A stretch of 30,010 nt of DNA from Solirubrobacteraceae bacterium (GCA_041730375.1 JBGSBU010000001.1:1-30010), one strand, 5' to 3'; counted from the first letter of the stretch, positions 1 to 9,470 are shown. The notes: generated by a model not told the origin, from the sequence alone. Made by a program: numbers and translations.

Positions 1-18
1 TTCAGAATATAATTAAAT

Positions 19-49
19 CAAATATAATTATATTTCAAACCTATTGCAA
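19..49 (-). promoter_or_regulatory. Bacteroidota housekeeping promoter (-33 TTG / -7 TAnnTTTG) pointing off the left edge of the window
   Basis: Minus strand reads TTG (47-49), a 20-nt spacer, then TATATTTG (19-26), matching the Bacteroidota sigma-ABfr consensus in sequence and spacing. The downstream gene is outside the window. Confidence 0.6.
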
Positions 50-252
50 GGTAAATTAACCTAAGAAAAGACAAGAAAACTTTAGTTAACAAGTTGTAAT
101 ATAGGGTAATTAATTATTTTAGAGAGATAAAAATAAAACAACTACGCTTTATATAATAGGTAGTATTTGTTATTTAATGTACGTAAGGAATATAAAAGCT
201 ATGTTTTCCTAATTTAATCAATACCTTTTTCATTGTTAAACAATTAAATTAA

Positions 253-1017
253 CTAAAAAGTTAATTCAACCAAAACAGGGCAATGATCAGAGTGTTTTGC
301 TTCGGGTAAAATGGCGGCTCTTTTTAGGTTGTTTTCTAATTCTTGACTCACCATATTATAATCTATCCGCCAACCTTTGTTGTTGGCTCTGGAGTTGGCT
401 CTGTAACTCCACCAAGAATATTGGTGCGGTTCTTTTATCAAGTGTCTAAAAGAATCTATTAGGTTACATTCTTTTAAATGATTGGTTAGCCAGGCTCTTT
501 CCATGGGTAAAAATCCAGAAACAGCAACATTTCTTATTGGGTCGTGTATGTCTATGGCTTCGTGGCACACGTTGTAATCGCCACTAATAATCAAATTGGG
601 AAGGGTTTTTTTAAGTTCTTTTATATAACTTAAAAAATTATGGCAAAATTGCATTTTAAAATCTAGTCTTTCTATATTGGTGCCAGAAGGTACATAAACG
701 CTTATTACAGAAAAATTATTAAAATCGGCCCTAATAACCCTTCCTTCAAAATCAATTTCTTTTATTCCTGTGCCATATTCAATATGGTTGGGTTGGGTTT
801 TAGTTAAAATAGCCACACCGCTGTATCCTTTTTTTTGTGCCGAATGCCAATAATGATGATAGCCCAATTCTTCAATCAAATCTACACTCACTTGTTCTTG
901 CATGGCTTTAATTTCTTGCAGGCACAACACATCTGGATTGGCGGCTTTTAACCAATCTATAAATCCTTTTTGCATGGCAGCTCTTATGCCGTTTACATTG
1001 TAGCTAATTATTTTCAT
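253..1017 (-). CDS. xth: Exodeoxyribonuclease III (ExoIII/AP endonuclease family)
   Basis: 254 aa with the motifs SYNVNGIRA, LQEIK, GDYN, GWRIDY and SDHCPV. Confidence 0.95.
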   Translation of the reverse strand: MKIISYNVNGIRAAMQKGFIDWLKAANPDVLCLQEIKAMQEQVSVDLIEELGYHHYWHSAQKKGYSGVAILTKTQPNHIEYGTGIKEIDFEGRVIRADFNNFSVISVYVPSGTNIERLDFKMQFCHNFLSYIKELKKTLPNLIISGDYNVCHEAIDIHDPIRNVAVSGFLPMERAWLTNHLKECNLIDSFRHLIKEPHQYSWWSYRANSRANNKGWRIDYNMVSQELENNLKRAAILPEAKHSDHCPVLVELTF

Positions 1018-1024
1018 ACTAAAA

Positions 1025-2164
1025 CTATTGATTTTGAAGTTGTTGTTTGTGTAAATACCGGGTAATTTTAATGGAAGTGTCTAAAAAAACCATTTTAGCG
1101 TTTACATTTCTTTCAATATGGTAGTGGGCTTTGTTTAGTTCGTTTAAAATTTCTTCTATATTGGCGCCATTAATATAGCTACTAAATGTTTCCCAATTAA
1201 TGGTTTGTAAATTAAATTTGCAATTGCCCAATTCAAAATTATTTAAAAGAGCCTCTCTAAAAACAGCGATACTAAATGTTATAAAATTTTTTTGCTTTTC
1301 CCTGCCCCATAAACTAATTTCGTTAGACCAGTTAACCAGCTCTTTTAATGCCACAATATTTTTTTTTGCCATAAAAGCACTTCTAACCCATTTAACAAAG
1401 TAGTTTTCGAATTCTATGCTTTCGGGCGAATCTTCTGCTAATTTAATGGCTTTATTTAAATTTCCGTTACTTAGCACGGCAAGGTTATTTGCCATTTCTT
1501 GGTTGATGTTTTTGGTATCAATTAAATAAGAACTAACCCGCTCTACTTTGTAGGAATTAATTTTAACTAGTTGGCACCTAGAAATTATGGTAGGCAATAT
1601 GGCATTTATATTTTCCGAGACAAGAATAAAAACAGACTGTAAAGGAGGTTCTTCTAATAGTTTTAGCAATTTGTTGGCTGCTTGGCTATTCATGTTCTCT
1701 GGATACCAAATGATTACAATTTTATGTCCGCCTTCATAACTTTTAAAAGACATTTTATGAATAATGGTTTCTGCATCTCGCACATTAATTATGCCTTGTT
1801 TTTTTTCTATGTCAATAAAAGATAGCCAATCTGTTAAATTTCCATAGGGGTGAGTTTTTATAAAGTCTCTAAATTGACTTAAATATTTGCTGCTCTCTGT
1901 TTTTTCTGCCTTAACTTTAGTTGAGCTATTGTTAGGAAAGATAAAATGAATATCAGGGTGGTTTAATTCATTTACAATAGAATTTGTTGTTTGATTTTTT
2001 TTGTCGTTTTCTATTATTGCTTTTGCATAAGCCAATGCAAGTAACAATCCGCCAGAACCTTCTTTAGAAATAAACAATTGTGCATGGCTAAGCCTATCTA
2101 GTTCTATAGATTTAATTAACAAATGCTTAACCTTTTCTTGACCTAAAATTTTATCCCAACTCAT
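1025..2164 (-). CDS. holB: DNA polymerase III subunit delta-prime
   Basis: 379 aa with N-terminal ILGQ, HPDIHFIFP, ANKLLKLLEEPP and LPTIISRCQ, typical of clamp-loader delta-prime. It lies 7 nt upstream of xth on the same strand. Confidence 0.9.
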   Translation of the reverse strand: MSWDKILGQEKVKHLLIKSIELDRLSHAQLFISKEGSGGLLLALAYAKAIIENDKKNQTTNSIVNELNHPDIHFIFPNNSSTKVKAEKTESSKYLSQFRDFIKTHPYGNLTDWLSFIDIEKKQGIINVRDAETIIHKMSFKSYEGGHKIVIIWYPENMNSQAANKLLKLLEEPPLQSVFILVSENINAILPTIISRCQLVKINSYKVERVSSYLIDTKNINQEMANNLAVLSNGNLNKAIKLAEDSPESIEFENYFVKWVRSAFMAKKNIVALKELVNWSNEISLWGREKQKNFITFSIAVFREALLNNFELGNCKFNLQTINWETFSSYINGANIEEILNELNKAHYHIERNVNAKMVFLDTSIKITRYLHKQQLQNQ

Positions 2165-2347
2165 TTCTAAAAAAAATAATTGTAACGGCCGCCAGTTATA
2201 ATTTTATGCATTAACTTTAAAACAGTTAAATTGGGCTAAACCTAACGTAAAGTTAATTTTTAAAACTTAAAGCCACAATTTTTTAAAAACTATAAAACAA
2301 ACCAATTGAATTGATTAATGTCATAAAAAGTTAATTGCGGTTAAAAC

Positions 2348-2355
2348 TATATTTG
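2348..2355 (+). promoter_or_regulatory. -7 promoter element for sdhC
   Basis: TATATTTG (TAnnTTTG) ends 35 nt before the sdhC ATG. No clean -33 TTG at canonical spacing. Confidence 0.55.
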
Positions 2356-2390
2356 TACGATATAAATAATATATTTTTACACGTTTTTTT

Positions 2391-3065
2391 ATGAGTCAAG
2401 GAAATAATTTACTGAGTTCTTCTATTGGAAGAAAAATTACAATGGCACTTTCTGCCTTGTTTTTATTATTGTTTTTAACACAACATTTGTTTATAAATTT
2501 ATTATCTGTTATTAACAAAGATACTTTCAATGAGGTCTCTCATTTTATGGGTTATAATCCGTTGGTACAAAAAGTAATTCAACCCATTTTAATTTTTGGT
2601 ACTCTTTATCATTTTATTTTAGGTTTTATATTAGAAATCACTAACAGAAAAGCAAGAGGGCCACAACAATACGCATACACAAACCCATCTGCAAACAGCA
2701 CTTGGACGTCTAGAAACATGATAATTTCTGGTATTTTAATTTTAATTTTTTTAGCCATTCACATGGTAGATTTTTTCTTTCCAGAAATGAATTATAAATA
2801 CATACAGGTTAATCCACAAGACCCAACCAGGTATTTTCCAGAGCTAGTAAAACATTTTCAAAATCCAATTAGAGTAGCACTTTATGTAGTTGGGTTTATT
2901 TTTCTTGGGTTACATTTAAACCATGGGTTTCAATCGGCATTTCAATCAATGGGTGCAAATAGTAAAAAACATACACCAACCATTAAACTAATTGGTAGTT
3001 TTTATTCTATTCTTGTTCCCATATTATTTACATTCATTACATTATTTCATTTTTTTAACTCTTAA
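2391..3065 (+). CDS. sdhC: Succinate dehydrogenase/fumarate reductase cytochrome b subunit (b558 type)
   Basis: 224 aa polytopic membrane protein starting SSIGRKITMALSALFL, with heme-ligand-type His residues (QHLFIN, YHFILG, IHMVDF, HLNHGF). It lies upstream of sdhA/sdhB. Confidence 0.93.
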   Translation: MSQGNNLLSSSIGRKITMALSALFLLLFLTQHLFINLLSVINKDTFNEVSHFMGYNPLVQKVIQPILIFGTLYHFILGFILEITNRKARGPQQYAYTNPSANSTWTSRNMIISGILILIFLAIHMVDFFFPEMNYKYIQVNPQDPTRYFPELVKHFQNPIRVALYVVGFIFLGLHLNHGFQSAFQSMGANSKKHTPTIKLIGSFYSILVPILFTFITLFHFFNS

Positions 3066-3070
3066 TTAAA
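3051..3070. repeat. Left copy of 20-bp exact direct repeat (attL-like), containing the last sdhC codons and stop
   Basis: TTTTTTAACTCTTAATTAAA, identical to 7429-7448. The flanking bases differ on both sides. Confidence 0.92.
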
Positions 3071-5109
3071 ATTGTAGATAATGCGGTAAGTACTACTAAA
3101 ATAATCGATAAAAATATTATCTTAAGTAAGCTTTAGGATGGTGTTTCTACTGGAGATGTTTTGGAGTGGAATGGAATTTAATGTTTGCCTGTTACTAAGG
3201 TAAAAACCGTAAATGGTGTTAATCCTTCTTCTAACGCAAATGTAGCCGTTGTCGTTTCTAGAGTTGTTACTGGAATTGATTTGTTGATTGGAGCACCTCC
3301 TTATTTTTTAGTACCTAGCGTAATAACAGCCCCTTGGTAGATGGTGATATATATATTGTTAGTGGAGAAGTTTCTCCTAATGAGTTAAAAAATAGAGTAA
3401 CCTATATTTTTGATGATATAAGTGGGTGGAATAAAGTAAATACCGACTTTACACAAAACGATGTTAGGTATTTAAATACCGCTGGAGATAGCGTGCTGGT
3501 GTTTTAAATATGTCTAATAACTTAATTACCGGAGTAGCCACCCCAATAAATAACACAGACGTAGCAAATAAAAAATATATAGATGATTCATTAACAGCCT
3601 CATCTGCCGGATCAATCAATTCTCCAGTTGGATCAATCTTCTTAACTAGCATTCCAGCAAACTCAACTTTTAAAAATGTTGGGTTCGATGTAAATGTAGA
3701 TAACAATACACTTCAGATTGCCTCAACTAAAGCGCAAGTTAAAGATCTTGGAATTACTACATTAAAAATAGCTGATGATGCGGTTGATAAAACTAAAATC
3801 GCACCAAACGTTGCTGGCGATCGGTTAACTCAAGCAATTGATGCCTCTCTACAAATTGATGCCTCAAATATATCTCTAGTTGGCGATGTAACTGGTAAGG
3901 CTTCTAATTCTAAGGTGGTAAAGATTCAAAACATTCCAGTTTCAAGTATTGCTCCAACCAATAACCAAGTGCTAAAATATAATTCTACCACATCAAATTG
4001 GTAAGCGGCCAAGGAAACAACAGAGGTAGTTACTAATTATACAGATAATTTAATTGGAATTAAAAATAAAATTGGAACTTATGTAAACGGGTTAGGCATT
4101 TCCTAGGTTTTAAATGAAAGCGTTACAAAACTTTCAATTTTAAATGGTTGGTTAGTTTATGTAAACGAAAACGAAACAAATGTAAATGTAGTTCTTACCT
4201 CTGCAGATAGTAACAACGCCTTAACAAATGGCTCCAATTGCAACCCTTTTGTTATGCAACCCACTGGAAACGAAACGGTGGTAAATGCTGGCATAAATAT
4301 TAACGTAACTGGCACTGGTACAACGGCTAATCCATACATAATAAACAACGCTTATACAGACCCAGATAACAGTAATGCAAACGAATTGAATACCGGCTTT
4401 ACAAGTGCTTTAAATACCTTAACAATAGCCGATGTGGGCGGAGACAAAACCACATCTATTATTAATTTTAACGCATTAACTTTTGCTTCAAATAAAATAA
4501 CATCAACCATAAACGGAATTGCGGCAGAAATTGCCCCAGTAAGTGGCGTTACTGCTAATAATGAAACTTTAGGGTTTGATTCTACTGGAAATCTGGTTAG
4601 AGGCTCAGCTTGCCATTCAAAACGTACTTACCAAAAACTTAAATAACATTGAGCTAGGGGGTGCAATAAATAAACCAACAATTATTAGTGGTATTACAAA
4701 CACCAATAAATTAAGCTTTACCGCTACTGGGGTAGATGCAATAAATATAAACAGCACAACATTAAGTTTAGATGCCCAAAACAATAGAGTTGGTTTTGGA
4801 ACAGCATCGCCAGGAAACACGGTGGAAATAGTTGGCACAGCAACAAATAGCGGACTTAGGTTGTCTTCCATACCAACAAAAGGTTTATTAGGGACTAATG
4901 CTACCGGCGATATCATATCTAAACCAGCCATATCTAATGAGTTATTTTTTGATGATACTAATTTCTACTATGTTTCTATGAAAATTGAAGCAACCAACTA
5001 TAAAGTGGTTAGGTACAATAAAAACGATGTGAACGACGAAAAAAATGCCAGTGCATCTGGTACACAAACCACCACATTAAGCACTGTTCAATCATTAACC
5101 TATAGTTGA
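3071..5109 (+). pseudogene. 5'-truncated, fragmented gene A for a repeat-rich fibre/adhesin-like protein
   Basis: Coding-like sequence runs from the left repeat to TGA 5107-5109. In-frame stops occur at 3134 (TAG), 3179 (TAA), 4002 (TAA) and 4104 (TAG), and frameshifts near 3318, 3493 and 4602-4615. Motifs include KIVDNAVSTTKI/KIADDAVDKTKI, GDVLEWNG/NQVLKYNS, VKTVNGVNP, LNMSNNLITGVATPINNTDVANKKYID, VTGTGTTANPYIIN, IELGG and RVGFGTASP. The ORF-track pieces 3510-4004, 4254-4646 and 4576-5109 are its fragments. Confidence 0.8.
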
Positions 5110-5117
5110 TTACAAAA

Positions 5118-7238
5118 ATGAAAAGCAGAATATATGCCATCGTAACTTTATTATTGTTATGTTTTAAATTTTTTTATGCAACATTTACTCTTGCAGGAGG
5201 AGTTATAACGCAGTCTGGAACAGATACTTCTTTAAGCGGTTTAAATGGTATTGCCGGTGTGTCTGTACAAACTATAACTGGGGTGTATTCCATTAAGATC
5301 TATACCCTAAGCAATGTTAAACTTAAAGTTACAGGTACATTAACAATGAATAGTACAGAAAAGTTAATATTTACAGCACAGTCTGCTGCTGATAATATAC
5401 TTGAAGCAGATGGTGGAACGTTTAATGTAGGTGAAGCCTATACAAAAAATAGTTTTACCACTCAATTACCTATTGAGGCTATTGTTTGGTCTTTATTTTC
5501 AACCAGAAGCTGGAATACAAGGGTTTGGGTTGTTAGAAATGCAGGAAAAATGATTGCTTATAACGCAGTTTTTAGAATATCACATTCTATTTGGTTTGAG
5601 CAAAACAGCTCAGGTCAAGTGCTTTTAGATGATTGTATTATAGATAAAAGGAGCTCTGCAGGTGACATACAAACAAATCATTAAGATTCGGGTAATAACA
5701 ATACAACCATTAGAAATTCAAGAATATATGCAGACTGTCAGTCGGGTTTAACCTTTAGAAATGCCAATTCACCATTAATAGATAATGTATCTATTTTCCA
5801 AGCCAGAGATGCATGGAATAACGAATCGGGACAGCCAAAAATAATTAGAAGCCTTGTTCCAGACACGGGAACAAATGCCGATGTTTCTCAGTGGGGGAAT
5901 AATACAACAAACGTTATAAATGCAAGGAAAGGAATACAATTTACTTGGGGTGGGTATTTAGAAAATAGCTTCTCAAATACTGGGCAAGTTGGTGTTTGGC
6001 AAGAACTAAATGCTAATTTTAGACCTCCAAACGAAACTGGTGTTAGTCGTGCAGTTTTTTATCTTTCAGATAATCCAGTTGCATCAGATTCTGGTTAAAC
6101 AGCTCTTTCAAATCCCACTACCGGAGGTACTGTTAATACCGCAAATAGATTAACTTATATTGCGACTTCTGTTTCTAATGGAGACATTCCTTTACAAACT
6201 ATTTTAATAGGATCGGGAAGAAGAACAGTTGGAGGATTACAAATTACCGTAGGAAACAGAAACATAATTAGACCAAGAGAAAAAAACACAACAGCAATTT
6301 TTGATGCACTTGAGAATACTTTTGACTATACCATTTGGTCTTACCCTCATTTATCTCAAACCAATCCTATAGTTTTAAAAGCGGGGAACTCTGGCGGTGC
6401 GGTATTTGAACCTGCTATTTTAGCAAACGACTTGAATATAACACTTTCAAAAGTAGCAGCAGCATTAACAGGTATAGCAATAGACCACATTAATAAAACC
6501 ATAACACTAACACAAGAAAGAAGCCTTTGCGATTTATATGACTTTGCGAAAAATAATAAACTTACTAATTTAGAATCACCAAGTATATCAGTTCTTTGTA
6601 CTACTCCTATAGGACAAAACATAGACATAGGTAATTATAAGTTGGTTTTAGCTAGTGGAAGTAAATTAACACCCTGTGTAAAGTATGAAAAGTTAATTAG
6701 TTCGGTGTCTTCAAGTATTAATGATCCAAGCCAAAATTTAGAAGTTGCTTTAACAGACATTAACGGTACATATAAACTAATTAGAATTCAAAATATAAAA
6801 TCAGGTAAAGTAATAATTAAAGATAATAACACAAATACTATTTTAAAACAAGTTAATAATTACACAGGAAACATAAATTTATCTTTTATTAGTAATAGCA
6901 ACAATGTATCTGTATTAGTTGAAAGAATTGGATACACAAACTGGGGAACGAGTGTGGATTTAACCTCGGGTGATGTTTTTAGTTTTGTTGTTGTTCAAAC
7001 AGCAGGCGTAGGAGACCCAGCATCGCTAATTAATCAACAAAGCGAGTTGTATTTAATGAAAAAATTATTAATGAAAGAAGAGGCTATTTATGGCTTTTTA
7101 AACAATCAATCTAATATAACCTTAACCGAAACGTTTTTAAACCAAACAACCGCAACAATTTAAAAACAGCAAGAATTAATAGAATTATTAAAAAAAATAC
7201 TACGAACACACACGTCTAATAGAGAGAAATTAAAGTAA
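5118..7238 (+). pseudogene. Gene B: secreted protein of unknown function, one 707-codon frame with three internal TAA stops
   Basis: ATG 5118 begins a Sec-like signal peptide (MKSRIYAIVTLLLLCFKFFYA). The same frame continues through TAA at 5682, 6096 and 7161 to TAA 7236-7238 with no frameshift. ORF-track pieces 5106-5684 and 6432-7163 share this frame. Confidence 0.8.
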
Positions 7239-7322
7239 ATTTCTAATTTAATTAGAGTAAAAAAAGTAAATACTAAGAAACGCTATTGATGAATATCATA
7301 TAAGATTTATAAGTAGGATAAG

Positions 7323-7330
7323 TATATTTG
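7323..7330 (+). promoter_or_regulatory. Candidate -7 element inside the insert, facing sdhA
   Basis: TATATTTG followed by TA, the same 10-mer (TATATTTGTA) as the sdhC promoter. It ends 127 nt before the sdhA ATG. No clear -33 element. Confidence 0.5.
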
Positions 7331-7428
7331 TAGGCGATTAATAATAACTATAGTATTTTTTTATAAAATCAAAAATAGATTTAATATTAATAGGAAATTT
7401 CAATTTCATTAACATTTTGCTGGTTTTA

Positions 7429-7448
7429 TTTTTTAACTCTTAATTAAA
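7429..7448. repeat. Right copy of 20-bp exact direct repeat (attR-like), 9 nt before the sdhA ATG
   Basis: TTTTTTAACTCTTAATTAAA, identical to 3051-3070. Confidence 0.92.
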
Positions 7449-7457
7449 TCTATACAC

Positions 7458-9470
7458 ATGAGCGTTTTAGATTCCAAAATACCCAAAGGACATATCTCTG
7501 ATAAGTGGGTAAATTATAAAGATCACTTAAACCTAGTAGCGCCAAACAATAGGCCAAAAATAGACATAATTGTTGTGGGCACTGGACTGGCAGGAGCTTC
7601 TGCGGCAGCATCACTGGGGGAAATGGGGTACAATGTAAAAGTATTTTGTTTTCAAGATTCCCCAAGAAGAGCACATTCCATAGCAGCTCAAGGAGGAATT
7701 AATGCGGCAAAAAATTATAAAAATGATGGAGACAGCATTTTTAGATTATTTTATGATACAATAAAAGGAGGAGATTATAGAGCCAGAGAAGCAAATGTGC
7801 ATAGGCTGGCAGAGGTTTCTGGTAATATTATAGACCAATGTGTTGCCCAAGGCGTGCCATTTGCCAGAGAATATGGAGGTTTATTAGATAATCGTTCTTT
7901 TGGAGGAACGCAGGTTCAAAGAACTTTTTATGCAGCGGGTCAAACCGGACAACAGTTATTACTTGGAGCTTATTCCGCTTTGTCTAGACAAATTGGTTTA
8001 GGGCGTGTTAAACTTTACAACAGACACGAAATGCTAGACTTGGTTGTCGTTGATAGAAAAGCAAGAGGAATTATAGCAAGAAATTTAATTACAGGCGAAA
8101 TAGAAAGACACGCCGCACACGCTGTTGTTATAGCGTCTGGTGGGTATGGAAACGTGTATTTTCTTTCTACCAATGCAATGGGAAGCAACGTAACTGCTTC
8201 TTGGAAAATTCATAAAAAAGGGGCTTTTTTTGCCAATCCATGCTACGTACAAATACATCCAACCTGTATTCCCGTTCATGGAACAAATCAATCTAAACTA
8301 ACCTTGATGTCAGAATCCTTAAGAAATTCTGGCAGGATTTGGATTCCAAAGAAAAAAGAAGATGCACAAGCAATAAGAGAAGGCAAGTTAAAGCCAACTC
8401 AACTTTCCGAAGAAGATAGAGATTATTTTTTAGAGCGAAAATATCCAGCATTTGGGAACTTAGTGCCAAGAGATGTGGCTTCTAGAGCAGCAAAAGAAAG
8501 ATGCGACGAAGGGTTTGGAATTGAAGCAAACGACACCAATGAAGGAGTGTATTTAGATTTCTCTTCAGAAGTTATTTCAAAAGGAAAAGAAAAGGCATAT
8601 GCCCTAGGCGATCAAAACCCTAGCGATGAAAAGGTTAAAGACTTAGGAAAAAAATGGTTAGAGGAGAAATATGGCAACTTATTTCAAATGTATCAAAAAA
8701 TTACAGATGAAAATCCATACGAAACCCCAATGAAAATCTACCCAGCAGTGCATTATACAATGGGAGGTGTTTGGGTTGATTACAACCTACAATCTACCAT
8801 AAAAGGCTGTTTTGTTTGTGGTGAGGCTAATTTTTCTGAACATGGAGCAAATAGATTAGGCGCTTCTGCTTTAATGCAAGGGCTAGCCGATGGATATTTT
8901 GTTTTGCCATACACCATTTCAGACTACTTATCTTCTGAAATTAGAACAGGAAAAGTTTCTACAGATTTACCAGAATTTGTTGAAGCAGAAAATAAAGTTA
9001 AAGAGCAAATTAATTTTTTCTTAAACAACAAAGGGTCTCATTCTGTAGATTATTTCCATAAAAAACTAGGTAATATTATGTGGAACAAAGTGGGAATGGG
9101 AAGAAATGAAGAGGGTTTAAAACAAGCGATTGCAGAAATAGATGAATTGAAGAAAGAATTCTATAGCGATGTATATGTACCAGGAGAAGCAAACGAATTT
9201 AATCAAGAATTAGAAAAAGCCATTAGAGTAGCAGACTTTATAGAACTGGGACAATTAATGGCAATTGATGCACTTAATAGAAAAGAAAGTTGTGGTGGGC
9301 ATTTTAGAGAAGAAATGCAAACAGATAAAGGCGAAGCCCTAAGAGATGATGTTAATTTTAAACATGTTGCGGCCTGGGAATATAAAGGCACCGACACCAA
9401 GTTAGCCATCTTACACAAAGAAGAATTAAATTATGAATTCGTTGAATTAAAAGAAAGAAGCTACGAATAA
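7458..9470 (+). CDS. sdhA: Succinate dehydrogenase/fumarate reductase flavoprotein subunit
   Basis: 670 aa with the dinucleotide-binding motif VVGTGLAG, covalent-FAD motif [33 protein letters not shown] and ESCGGHFR. Confidence 0.97.
   Translation: MSVLDSKIPKGHISDKWVNYKDHLNLVAPNNRPKIDIIVVGTGLAGASAAASLGEMGYNVKVFCFQDSPRRAHSIAAQGGINAAKNYKNDGDSIFRLFYDTIKGGDYRAREANVHRLAEVSGNIIDQCVAQGVPFAREYGGLLDNRSFGGTQVQRTFYAAGQTGQQLLLGAYSALSRQIGLGRVKLYNRHEMLDLVVVDRKARGIIARNLITGEIERHAAHAVVIASGGYGNVYFLSTNAMGSNVTASWKIHKKGAFFANPCYVQIHPTCIPVHGTNQSKLTLMSESLRNSGRIWIPKKKEDAQAIREGKLKPTQLSEEDRDYFLERKYPAFGNLVPRDVASRAAKERCDEGFGIEANDTNEGVYLDFSSEVISKGKEKAYALGDQNPSDEKVKDLGKKWLEEKYGNLFQMYQKITDENPYETPMKIYPAVHYTMGGVWVDYNLQSTIKGCFVCGEANFSEHGANRLGASALMQGLADGYFVLPYTISDYLSSEIRTGKVSTDLPEFVEAENKVKEQINFFLNNKGSHSVDYFHKKLGNIMWNKVGMGRNEEGLKQAIAEIDELKKEFYSDVYVPGEANEFNQELEKAIRVADFIELGQLMAIDALNRKESCGGHFREEMQTDKGEALRDDVNFKHVAAWEYKGTDTKLAILHKEELNYEFVELKERSYE

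Larger units (their letters stand above)
3071..7448. mobile_element. 4,378-bp direct-repeat-bounded insertion (degenerate integrative element or prophage-like remnant) between sdhC and sdhA
   Basis: Bounded by an exact 20-bp direct repeat. Deletion leaves sdhC TAA-TTAAATCTATACAC-ATG sdhA. The cargo is two pseudogenes unrelated to Sdh. No integrase or transposase is seen, so mobility is inferred. Confidence 0.7.

Noticed and set aside
3051-3070. 20-bp repeat as a XerCD dif site or IS target-site duplication
   Set aside because: It does not resemble the dif consensus (no TTATGTTAAAT arm). There are no terminal inverted repeats or transposase, and 20 bp is longer than typical IS duplications.
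3510-7163. ORF-track entries 3510-4004, 4254-4646, 4576-5109, 5106-5684 and 6432-7163 as five independent genes
   Set aside because: They join into two reading units. The coding-like sequence continues through the stops, and the TTG starts at 4576, 5106 and 6432 are incidental.
3071-7238. Alternative genetic code (TAA/TAG = Gln) as the main explanation of the island stops
   Set aside because: Gene A also has three frameshifts, CAA/CAG codons remain common in both genes, gene B apparently ends in TAA, and host genes terminate with TAA. Decay is simpler. Recoding is kept only as a testable minor alternative.
7242-7256. Inverted repeat TCTAATT-T-AATTAGA just after gene B
   Set aside because: It is short, almost all A/T and has no U-tract. 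It is expected by chance and too weak for a terminator or recombinase-site call.
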